DNA from: Octopus vulgaris
Lineage: Eukaryota
Assembly (NCBI GenBank): GCA_951406725.2
Contig: OX597830.1
Span: forward strand, 60,016,001-60,080,000
Direction of reading: 5' to 3'
Length of the DNA stretch: 64,000 bases
Shown here: in pieces, positions 53,075 through 64,000 of the stretch
How positions within the stretch are numbered: position 1 is the stretch's first letter
Layout: each line of letters begins with the position of its first letter
Notes under the pieces: model-generated
What the model was told of the DNA's origin: nothing
The model's input: only the letters and a program-made list of their open reading frames with translations
The model's database searches: none
Made by a program: the position numbers and the translations under genes

Positions 53075-53265
53075 TAACGGGAAAGTTTACGAAAATAAAC
53101 AAAAGACGAAGGCAGGTGAAGTACAAACAAACAAATGTATTAGTATGGCAATCAGGAATAGAAATAGAACAAGTCTTTTAAGTTTCGAGCCTACGCTCGT
53201 CGACAGAAAGATACACAGAAAAGAAACAAGGAGAGAAACAAGGAGAGAAAAAATGCATGTAAGAG
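53075..53265 (-). mobile_element. Penelope-like LTR fragment with hammerhead-like motif
   Basis: TCTTT-CTGTCGAC-GAGC-GTAG-GCTC-GAAAC-TTA-AAAGA at 53174-53211. Confidence 0.6.
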
Positions 53266-53490
53266 CTAACGGTCGTTTGTGTGTCTGTGTTTATGCCCCT
53301 ACTATCGCTTGACAACCGATTCTTGTAGGTTCCCGTCCCCGTAGCTTAGCGGTTCGGCAAAAGAGACCGATAAAAAAAGTGCTACGCTGACAAAGAATAA
53401 GTTCTGGAGACGATTTGTTCGACTAAAGGCAATGCTCCAGCATGGCCGCAATCAAATGACTGAAACAAGTAAAAGAATAGAAGAATAAAA

Positions 53491-53545
<55 letters not shown>

Positions 53546-53546
<1 letters not shown>

Positions 53547-54066
53547 TAGCAGAAATACCCGGCGTTGCCCGGTTACATTCAATTGAAGACTTAGACTTTT
53601 CTGTTATATTTTCTGTAATGAACTGGAATATCTATGTTTCGAATTTCATCAAAATTGCAGATGAGGGTTATTTCCCTCTTTACACACCCAATCAAAGTTG
53701 TAATCGTGCCACATGTATCCCATACTAATGATTTTTATGCGCATATTCCAAAATTCCAGTGTTATTGAACCTGTTAAAAAGATTTTGCACTAAAAAAAAT
53801 GAAGATCATGGAGCTCTAAAATGTGAGTGTTAAGGCCCCTGTTGGGGGTGGGCATCTTAATGTCAACCAGAGAAGTTGAATTTTTGAAAATCTTTTTAAC
53901 TTGGGTCTTATATCTATTGTTTGAATTTCTTTGAAATAGGAAATATATGTTCACTGGGTTTGTAAAAGAGAGCAAAGCTACAGGAAACGAAAAGACGAAT
54001 GATCACAATAAGCAGTCAGCTACCCTACCCTAGTCGTTACTTGAAGTACCGGTTCAAGAACTATGT
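53546..54066 (-). mobile_element. Non-autonomous Helitron inserted in (TA)n
   Basis: Minus-strand 3' end: hairpin ccgggcaacgccggg then CTAG|T (53546-49). Confidence 0.75.
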
Positions 54067-54177
<111 letters not shown>

Positions 54178-54207
54178 ATACATATATGATATGTATATGT
54201 ATACACA

Positions 54208-54275
<68 letters not shown>

Positions 54276-54344
54276 TAAATTGATAGATACAACTGAGTGG
54301 GCAAACAAGAATATGAGACACTTTGTAGTGCTTTTTATATTTTG

Positions 54345-54652
54345 ATAAGCCTGGTACTTATTCTATCAGTTTCTTCTTGTGAAACCAGTAAGTTATGGGG
54401 ATGCAAATAAACGAACACCAGTTGTGAAGCAGTGATGAGGGAGAAACACGAAGACACACACATAGACTTACATATATACATACATATACATACAATTGAT
54501 TTCTTTCAGTTTCTGTCTACAAAATCCACTGACCAGGCTTTGGTTGGTCTCAGGCTATAGCAGAAGACACATGCCAAGTTACTACACAGTGGGGTTGAAC
54601 TGAGGACTATGTGTTTTGGAACCAAGTTTGTTACCACACAGCCACACCTGCA
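54345..54652 (-). mobile_element. SINE family B, diverged
   Basis: Colinear with family B. Confidence 0.7.
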
Positions 54653-54654
54653 CT

Positions 54655-55739
<1,085 letters not shown>

Positions 55740-56138
55740 TGATGGGGGAGGTGCAGATATTGTTGTAAACGTGTCTGCAAGTTTCGTTCCTTCTCACTTC
55801 CACCTCATTGGTGTCACTCCGACCGCTCCCTCGGGGGAAATTAACTTCACCTCACATTTAACTCTATCTTCGATCTAACTAACACTACCGTTCCCCCTCC
55901 TTCCCTGCCACCCCTTTTGCTTTCATTTCTCTTCTTTATCTGTCTGTTCGTCTCATTTCAGCAATGGAGACATTTTGTGGTTAATATAGGAAAAATTGAT
56001 GGCCGACAAAAAAATACCGGAATGTGTGTGTGTATGTATGTGGTCTGTGTACGAGATGTATGTGTGCGAGTATGTATGCAACTGTGTATTCGTGTTCGAA
56101 TGTGAGTAGGTGTTTGTGTGTGTGTATAGGTGATCGTG

Positions 56139-56214
56139 CGTTGCTCTGTGCGATGCAGCTGCTGTTGTTGTTGTTGTTACTGTTATTGAAGCAATTGCAC
56201 TGAGCAACGGCTGA
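56139..56214 (+). ncRNA. Candidate pre-miRNA hairpin with miR-92-family seed on the 3' arm
   Basis: About 17-bp stem; 3' arm AAUUGCACUGAGCAACGGCUGA; long loop, weak lower stem. Confidence 0.3.
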
Positions 56215-56699
56215 ACTCATCAATTCGGAGCTAGCGATCCACTTGGAAATCTTGATAACGTTGTGTCTGCACCGAATCGACTTTTGCGAAGAAGGCGGTG
56301 TGAGGTGGATGGGGAGGAAAAGCGGGAGAGGAAGGAGAGAAAAAAAGATAGAAGAAGAAGAAGGAGAGGAGGGAAGAGACTAGAAACGGCGGAGTAAAAG
56401 AGAAGAGATGGAAAAGAATGATTACAAATAAAACTCGTATAGATAGGAGGGAATATATATATATTCCCTCGTAGGTATGTACGTGTGTATATGTATGTAT
56501 GTGTGTGTGTGTGTGTATATAGACGTACATATACACACATAAGAAGCATGAATATCTAGATAAAAAATATATACAAACATACATATATGTATATGTATGT
56601 ATCTATGTATATAATATATATACATACACAGATATATATATACACACACACACACACATATATATAAACAAAGGTAGATGCGGTTGTGTCTTTATGTGT

Positions 56700-56730
<31 letters not shown>

Positions 56731-56917
56731 TATGTGTGTGTGTATATATATATATATACGGTAAAAACACATATGTGTATATGTATGTCTGTTAATATGC
56801 ATAATTAAATATGCACTCATGTATGCATTTGTGTGTATGTTTATATGTATATACACATACGCACATATATGGGCATATATATATATACATAATATATATA
56901 TATATATATATATATAC

Positions 56918-56953
<36 letters not shown>

Positions 56954-56987
56954 CGCGTGGTTGTGTGTGGGATGTGTGTATGAGTAA

Positions 56988-57066
<79 letters not shown>

Positions 57067-57199
57067 CATATATGCATCTATATGTTCACATTCATATATG
57101 TATATCTACATAGATGTATTTATATGTGTATGTATAGTATGGCTGAATCAAGTTTTTGTGCTTGTATACACGTACCTATATGTGTGTTTGTGTGTGTGT

Positions 57200-57630
57200 A
57201 GGCGCAGGCGTGGCTGTATGTCTGTGTTGCTTCCCAACTGCATGTTTCCTGGTTCAGTCCCACTGCGTGACACGTCGGGCAAGTGTCTTCTATTATAGCC
57301 TCAGGCAGACCAAAGCCTGATGAGTGGATTTGGTAGACGGAAACGGAAAAAAGCTCGTCGTATATATGTATTTGTATATATGTATATATATATATATTTA
57401 TGTGTGTATGTCTTTGTGTCTGTGTTTGTTCCCCCACCACCACCACCATCGCTTGGCAACAGATGTCGGTGTGCTTATGTCCTCCGTATCTAGCGGTTCG
57501 GCAAATATGATCGATAAAATAAGTACAAAGAATAAGTCCTGGGGTCGATTTCTTCGACTAAAACTCTTTAAGGTGGTGCTCCAGCATAGCCGCAGTCAAA
57601 TTACTGAAAAGTGTAAAAGAATAAAAGAAA
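57200..57630 (+). mobile_element. SINE family B
   Basis: Colinear with family B. Confidence 0.85.
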
Positions 57631-57762
57631 ATGATACATAAACATACGTATAAGCCTTAGTATATAAGCACGTATATATATATATATATATATGAATACA
57701 CACATATATAAATGTAATGGTATATAATTTGTATGTTTATATATACGTATGCATATTAATAA

Positions 57763-57958
57763 GGCTGCGAGCTGGCAGCATCATTTGCGCGCCGGGCAAA
57801 ATGCTTAGCAGTATTTTGTCGGTCTTTACGTTATGAGTTCAGATTCCGCCGTGGTCGACTTTGCCCCTTATCGTTTCGGGGTCGATAAAAATAAGTAGTA
57901 TTTGAGCACTGGCACCAATGTAATCGAACTGCCTCCTGTACCAAAATTTGAAACCAAT
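57763..57958 (+). mobile_element. SINE family A
   Basis: Family core. Confidence 0.8.
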
Positions 57959-58360
57959 ATGTATGACTTTCTCTATGTATGCATATAGATATAATTATAT
58001 GTATGTGTGTATATGCGTGGAGGCGTATGGGTTTGTAGTAAGACTGTTTTAATGCTGGCCTTGGGGCTGTAGTTTCGATTCCTGGACCGGGCTATACCTT
58101 GTGTTCTTGAGTAAAACACTTCATTTCACATTTCTCCAGTTCACTCAGCTGGTAAAATATGACTAATCCTGCGACGGATCGGCGCTCCATCAAGAATTGG
58201 GTGGTGGGTGCGTGGAAATATATACACTACAGTATCCGGGAAAACCTACCTTAGAGCCTTTGGCTCATGTAGGACCGTTGATCCTTTATGTGTGTGTGTG
58301 TGTGTGCGTGTGTGTGTGTGTGTGTATGCGTGTGTGTGTGTGTGTGAGCATGTGTGTATA

Positions 58361-59150
58361 TACAGGATACGATGGGTAAAATGTAGCTATTTCATATTTT
58401 AATTTAGCGCATGCGTATTTTTTTTTTTGTCGACTACACAGTATAGCAGGATCAGTTGTTGTTTGTTCCTTCCCGAGCCATGCCTGGCTCATAAGGGCCG
58501 GTTTCCTGGTTTCTTGGCGTATAGGTTCCCCACCTGGACGGGACGCAGGTCCATCGCAGGTGAGCTTCAAGATGCAGGAGGAAAGAGTGAGAGAAAGTTG
58601 TGGCGAAAGAGTCAGCAGAAGTTTCGCCATTACCTTCTGCCGGAGCCGCGTGGAGCTTAGGTGTTTTCGCTCATAAACATACACATCGTCTGGTCTGAGA
58701 TTCGAACCCGCGATCCCTCGACCGCGAGTTCACTGCTCTAACCATTAGGCCATGTGCCTCCACAGGATCAGTTGGACACCGTCTGTGAGAAAAACAGCAC
58801 CTTGACGCAATTCACTCTGCCAGAAATTTGGAAACAACTTAGCATTCACGCTGGAAGCACCAATACGAACATTTCAGAATGTTTGGGTGTCAATTTGAGG
58901 ACAGTGCAATCTGACGACATGTACCGAGAGTGATAAAAGTCAAACATCCAGTCAAAATTATGGTGTTGGGAGTGACCACTAGTGGTGGCGATGTACTGCC
59001 CCCATTCATCTTTCAACACGGCCTCAGACTCAACACGGAGGCTTACATCAAGTGCCTGGAGGAGGTAATGCTGGGTCAAGAGGTTGGCTGCTGAAAGACC
59101 CTATGTCTAGCAACAGGACTCTGCACCAAGCCACACAAGCAGGAGAACCT
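58361..59150 (+). mobile_element. Tc1/mariner-superfamily (maT/DD37D-like) transposon relic
   Basis: TA-CAGG start; KHPVKIMVLGVTTSGGDVLPPFIF..GLRLNTEAYIKCLEEV...QQDSAPSHT. Confidence 0.8.
58459..58762 (-). mobile_element. SINE family C nested in the mariner relic, 12-bp TSD
   Basis: TSD caggatcagttg at 58447-58 and 58763-74. Confidence 0.9.
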
Positions 59151-59159
59151 ATATATATA

Positions 59160-59493
59160 TAGGGTAGAGACCCCCTTCGGTCATGAATGACCATGGGATT
59201 GCACCTAGAAAGTTACCCTCCTAGACACAAGTCTGGGCAAGGTTGTTTATGGAAGGCCAGCAGTAGCCCATGCATACCAGCCTCCCCTCTCCACATCACC
59301 AGTGTTATCCAAGGGAAAGGCAAGGGGGCCGATACAGCTTGGCACCTGTGACGTCGCAACTCATTTCTACAGCTGAGTGAACTGGAGCAACGTGAAATAA
59401 AGTGTCTTGCTCAAGAACACAACACGCAGCCCGGTCCGGGATTCGAGCTCACAACCTCACGATCGTAAGCTCGACGCTCTAACCACTGAGCCA
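59160..59493 (-). mobile_element. tRNA-derived CORE-like SINE with a distinct tail
   Basis: Head tggctcagtggttagagcgtcg..., cttgagcaagacactttatttcacgttgc shared with the 31877-32205 copy. Confidence 0.8.
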
Positions 59494-59615
59494 TAAAATA
59501 CAAAATGGGACAAGAACGCAAAACATCCAAATGGACGATACAAAAAACACAGACGGGTCATTCGACGCCTTTAATCTTCAGTCAAGAACCGGATCATCCT
59601 CGCAATTTCGGCTGA

Positions 59616-59728
<113 letters not shown>

Positions 59729-60253
59729 TAGAAAAAGACTGAGACGCATACTGTCAGAAGCTCATAGTGTTATCCATGATGTTCTATGTTGATACAATGT
59801 TGTATTAAAATCATATAAGCTTTTAAAAGTACTTATTTGCTGATATTTTTTATTGCAGTGCTAAAGATAGTTGTTTCTATAAGTTTTATATTTGTAACTT
59901 AAGAAAATTTATATTTCTACGTGTAAATTTTATTCTTGAAGTTCTAAATTGATATACAACATATAAAGCAAAAGCATTTCTTACATGAACATACGAAATA
60001 AAGCCGACTATTTGTGGAACAACATTGGTTTGTCAGTTTAACTGCAGCAGCTTTGAAGGGTTGTCTCTGAGACTTGATGATGGTCATAGACGAAGACAGT
60101 ATTACTGGAACCTGAAGGCATTTGAACTGAAGAAGCATGTCTGATGGATTAACGAACTATATGCAATGAAAATATCTTCACCCTTGACAAAGCCAGTCTT
60201 AATGATGCTTCGATCATATGAAGCGTAAGAGTTTTGGCAGCTAGTCTTATACT

Positions 60254-60568
60254 AAGCGGAAAGTGTAACCTCTCGAAAGAGCTGTTCTTCACTCCTGCTC
60301 CAGAGCGTGGGCTGCGGGGTCACTCCGAAAAGCTCTATCTACGACGATTTCATCTCAATCGAAGGAGAGGGGCTTCCTCCGTCCGGGTTGCGGATCCGTG
60401 GAATAAGACGAGATAGTGAAGATGCCGACGACCGCTCGGTTCAAAGTCTCTCACGACCAGAAATGGCCTGAATGCTTAGTATGAACACCCTCCCTGTACA
60501 TAACTCCATGTCCCCCTACATGGCCTTGCTTTTGCTTTTTGAACCAAAAGAATTATATTAAATTAAAT
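60254..60568 (+). mobile_element. CR1-like LINE 3' end (same family as 62517-64000)
   Basis: SGKCNLSKELFFTPAPER.LRGHSEKLYLRRFHLNRRRG plus 3' UTR. Confidence 0.92.
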
Positions 60569-61074
60569 TTTTTTTAAATATTTCAGAGTATCGGTTCATC
60601 CAAATTCCATAGCATCATAATGGGTGCTTCTACATGATTTTACAGATTGCAAATAGAAACAGCAGTGAGTTCAAATGAATTAAGAAACGTGGTTGGATAT
60701 TCAGCAGCATCTTCAACGCCAACAACTACAGTGTAACATCCACCGTCTGGAATGGACTGGTAGTTGTCTAATGATGGTGACATTAATATCCTGTATAAGT
60801 CAAATTTTTAGCTACATTTCTTCAAACGAGTCGATTATTGTTCCGCATTATTTTTTTCGTATTTTAACATCTCCCACTTTCAGTGGATAAGAAATCAACC
60901 AACTAACTCGCATATTACAAATACAATCTGTAAGTGGAACAGTAAAAATGTGCGAGTTTAAAATGCGACATTGTTTTCGTTATCTACATTCCAAAGATGG
61001 AGATTTGTATCTTTGCAAGAAAACAGCTCCTCCTTCCGAGGAAGAATTTTAATACACCTATATATTTTTTATTT

Positions 61075-61161
<87 letters not shown>

Positions 61162-61576
61162 TATACTGTTGTGCCTGGGGAGAGTCATTTTCTTTTTGTG
61201 CCTTATAATGTAACACACGCACCGGTAAAATTTTCACTTATTTCTTATTTTTATTTTCCTAAAATTTTCGTTGCAACCTTTTCAATAGTCTTGACTCTGT
61301 CCGTTATTTACACAGCGTTCCCTTTTGTTTGTTTGTGCGCATGTGTGTGGGTCAGTGTGTGTGTGTGTGCTTATGTATGCATGTATGTATGTATGTGTGT
61401 GTATGTATATATATGTGTGTGTATGCATATGTATATATGTATGTGTGTGCATCTGTATGTATGTATCCTGCATATTCATGTGTTTGCATAACCATATTTG
61501 TGTATTTTGTATGTATGTGTGTGTGTGTGAGCGTGTGTTTATGTATGCACCTCTGTCTCCTTGTGTGTGTGCATGT

Positions 61577-61612
<36 letters not shown>

Positions 61613-61614
61613 AA

Positions 61615-62200
61615 CAACATACCATGCTTTTTCATGTACATGGGACAGCAGAGCCAGGGAAAAAATTGGGCCGATCAAAGAGTGGCTGCGGTGAACGTTA
61701 AGTTCCAGTGTCTCTTAGTATGTTTGAAAGGCCTTTAGTTCAACCGGGAAAAATCATCTTAGTTTCACGCCATACCAAACTCGGTATAATGAAGCAGTTT
61801 GTTAAAGCTCTAAATAATGATGGACCACGAAAAGTGAAAGGATAAGAGCTAGACTATTTGATGGTCTTGAAATCAGAAAATTGGTGAAAGATGGAAACTT
61901 TGTAAATTCAATGGATTGCATTGAAGAAGAAACATGGAATTCCTTTGTAATAGTTGTAAATAACTTTCTGGTCAACAACAAAGCAGCCAGCTATGCCGTA
62001 ATAGTCGACAACATGCTGGAGAATTTTCAAAAGTTGGGAACAAATATGAGAATAAAGCTGCACTATCTCCATAGTCATCATGATAAATTCAAAGAAAAAA
62101 AGATAAGGAGAGCGCTTTGATCAGAACATAAAATCAACGGAACAAAGGTATCAAGGCTTATGGGACTTGCATATGATGACAGACTACAGCTGGAACTTGG
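61615..62200 (+). mobile_element. CMC/Chapaev3-like transposase relic
   Basis: H.KLGIMKQFVKAL, IRKLVKD, WNSFV.VVNNFL.N.KA, MRIKLHYLHSH, GERF.Q. Confidence 0.72.
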
Positions 62201-62416
62201 CTTATGATCTTCCTGGGGTTCAGCACTCGAGAAAATCATCCGAACACGAATTCTTGGGAAACTAAGCATGAACAACATAATATTTAACTGTAAAAAATTT
62301 AAGATTCTTAATTAGTTTTTCAGTAGAATTTTAAGGAAGCATTCCCACTTTGAAGGAAAACCAATTTCTGTTCCTCATAAGCGGTTTTAATGAAAAAAAA
62401 AAAAAATGAAATTCTA

Positions 62417-62516
62417 NNNNNNNNNNNNNNNNNNNNNNNNNNNNNNNNNNNNNNNNNNNNNNNNNNNNNNNNNNNNNNNNNNNNNNNNNNNNNNNNNNNN
62501 NNNNNNNNNNNNNNNN
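62417..62516. other. Assembly gap (100 N)
   Basis: Direct. Confidence 1.
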
Positions 62517-62586
62517 TAGTTAATTTGGCTCAAAAGCAAATAGCAAGGCCATGTAGGGGGACATGGAGTTAAGTACAGGGTGGTGT

Positions 62587-64000
62587 TCATGTAAAGAGTT
62601 CAGGCCACTTGAGGTCCAGGGAGGCTTTGAACAAAGCGGTCGTCGGCATCTTTACCATCTCGTCTGGCAGCTTGTTCCACGGATCCGCAACCCGGACGGA
62701 GAAAGCTCCTCTCCTTCGATTGAGATGAAATCGTCGCAGGTAGAGCTTTTCGGAATGACCCCGCAGCCGACGCTCTGGAGCAGGAGTGAAGAACAGCTCT
62801 TTCGAGAGGTTACACTTTCCGCTTATGATGTTGTGGGCGAGAATGAGATCACTACGGCGGCGGCGTTTTTCAAGAGAATAAAGGTCGAGCGTCCTCAGCC
62901 TTTCTTCGTAGGACAAATTTTTGAGACCATGAACCATGCGGGTAGCCAGCTTCTGGACTCTTTCGAGATGCTGTATGTCTTTGAGGAGATAAGGAGAAGA
63001 GGCTTGAATCCCATACTCCAATATGGGTCTCACCAGCGTGACATAGAGTGGTAGGAATATGGCTGCTGTGAGCATTCCGAATGACCGTCGAATCAAGAAC
63101 AGAATTCCGCGTGCTTTGTTGGCAGCATGGACGCACTGGGCCGAAGGCGAAAAGGAGGAATCCACCAAGATACCCAGGTCCTTTACCTGATCGGTCCTCT
63201 CCAGCAGCAGACGACCCGGCTCGAAATCAAGTTGAGTTGCAGGAGTAGAGCCGACAGGCAGATGACAGCACTTTGACACGTTCAGACACAGGTCCCAATC
63301 GTTAGACCACTTCCAAATTTGGTGGAGGCATCGACGAAGATCCTCTATATAACCGCGAGGAGCGACCAGTTTGATATCGTCGGCAAATAGAAGGGTGTGT
63401 TGCGTGAGGTCGTCGGGCAAGTCATTTATGAAGACTAAGAACAACAAGGGCCCAAGCACTGAACCTTGAGGCACGCCACTGCTCGCACTGGAGACGTCGG
63501 ACCGCGAACCATTAACTTGGACTTGGAAGGAGCGATCTGAGAGGAAGGCACCAACCCATCGTACAATATCCGGATGGAAACTATATGCTTGAAGCTTGAC
63601 AAGTAATAGGCGGTGGTTTACCGAGTCAAAAGCTTTGGCAAAGTCCAGTAAAACGATGTCAACAGCATCACTATCATCGAGGATGCGCGTCACCAATTCT
63701 TCCATTACTAGTAAGTTGGTCAAGCATGATCTCTTCGGCACGAAGCCGTGTTGGGAATCAGAGATAGAGGCTATGTTTAGGAGGTGGAGCATCATACTTT
63801 TCTTAAGGATGGTTTCGAACATCTTGCTGATTATTGATGTAAGGGAAACCGGTCGGTAGTTAAGCGGGTCTTCGCGGCTCCCTTTCTTGAAAATTGGGCA
63901 GATTACCGCTGTTCTCCAGTCTGCAGGTATAACACCCGTCGCCAATGACATATTGAATAGTCGCGTTAAGGGCTCGCAGATGACCGGAGCCAACGCTTTG
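62587..64000 (-). CDS. Reverse transcriptase ORF of a young CR1/Jockey-group LINE (continues beyond the window)
   Basis: At least 468 aa with no stops: PIFKKG...NYRPVSLTS, QHGF, LDFAKAFDSV, SGVPQGSVLGPLLF, FADD, KDLG, LRGH; 3' UTR to 62517. Confidence 0.96.
   Translation of the reverse strand, partial: KALAPVICEPLTRLFNMSLATGVIPADWRTAVICPIFKKGSREDPLNYRPVSLTSIISKMFETILKKSMMLHLLNIASISDSQHGFVPKRSCLTNLLVMEELVTRILDDSDAVDIVLLDFAKAFDSVNHRLLLVKLQAYSFHPDIVRWVGAFLSDRSFQVQVNGSRSDVSSASSGVPQGSVLGPLLFLVFINDLPDDLTQHTLLFADDIKLVAPRGYIEDLRRCLHQIWKWSNDWDLCLNVSKCCHLPVGSTPATQLDFEPGRLLLERTDQVKDLGILVDSSFSPSAQCVHAANKARGILFLIRRSFGMLTAAIFLPLYVTLVRPILEYGIQASSPYLLKDIQHLERVQKLATRMVHGLKNLSYEERLRTLDLYSLEKRRRRSDLILAHNIISGKCNLSKELFFTPAPERRLRGHSEKLYLRRFHLNRRRGAFSVRVADPWNKLPDEMVKMPTTALFKASLDLKWPELFT

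Noticed and set aside
62390-63859. Plus-strand ORFs (60, 163 and 87 aa)
   Set aside because: One spans the N gap; the others are antisense shadows of the LINE RT

Overview
Very repeat-rich, AT-rich eukaryotic DNA. The SINE families, (TA)/(CA)/(TAA) microsatellite load and R4/Dong LINEs point to an octopus/coleoid cephalopod genome (inference). No host protein-coding gene is recognisable, and nearly all ORF-track entries are microsatellite artefacts. Recognisable content: dozens of tRNA-derived SINEs of about three families (several with clean TSDs); R4/Dong, RTE, Tx1/L1 and CR1-like LINE pieces, including one young uninterrupted RT ORF at the right edge; relics of hAT (Buster/Charlie), Merlin, Tc1/mariner, Chapaev-like and Helitron DNA transposons; Penelope-type LTR fragments with hammerhead-like motifs; and a 100-N gap. 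The best novel candidate is a single-copy, GC-rich, densely folded ~390-450 nt island at ~47770-48223. It folds on the + strand (cUUCGg tetraloop, G-U-rich stems, hairpin-ACA end, downstream T7) and matches no RNA family I recognise. Also notable: a duplicated NF-Y/CRE promoter module (~18.6 and ~19.2 kb), a miR-92-seed hairpin (56139-56214), a 229-bp near-perfect inverted duplication, and a non-coding element found mostly in (TAA)n arrays.
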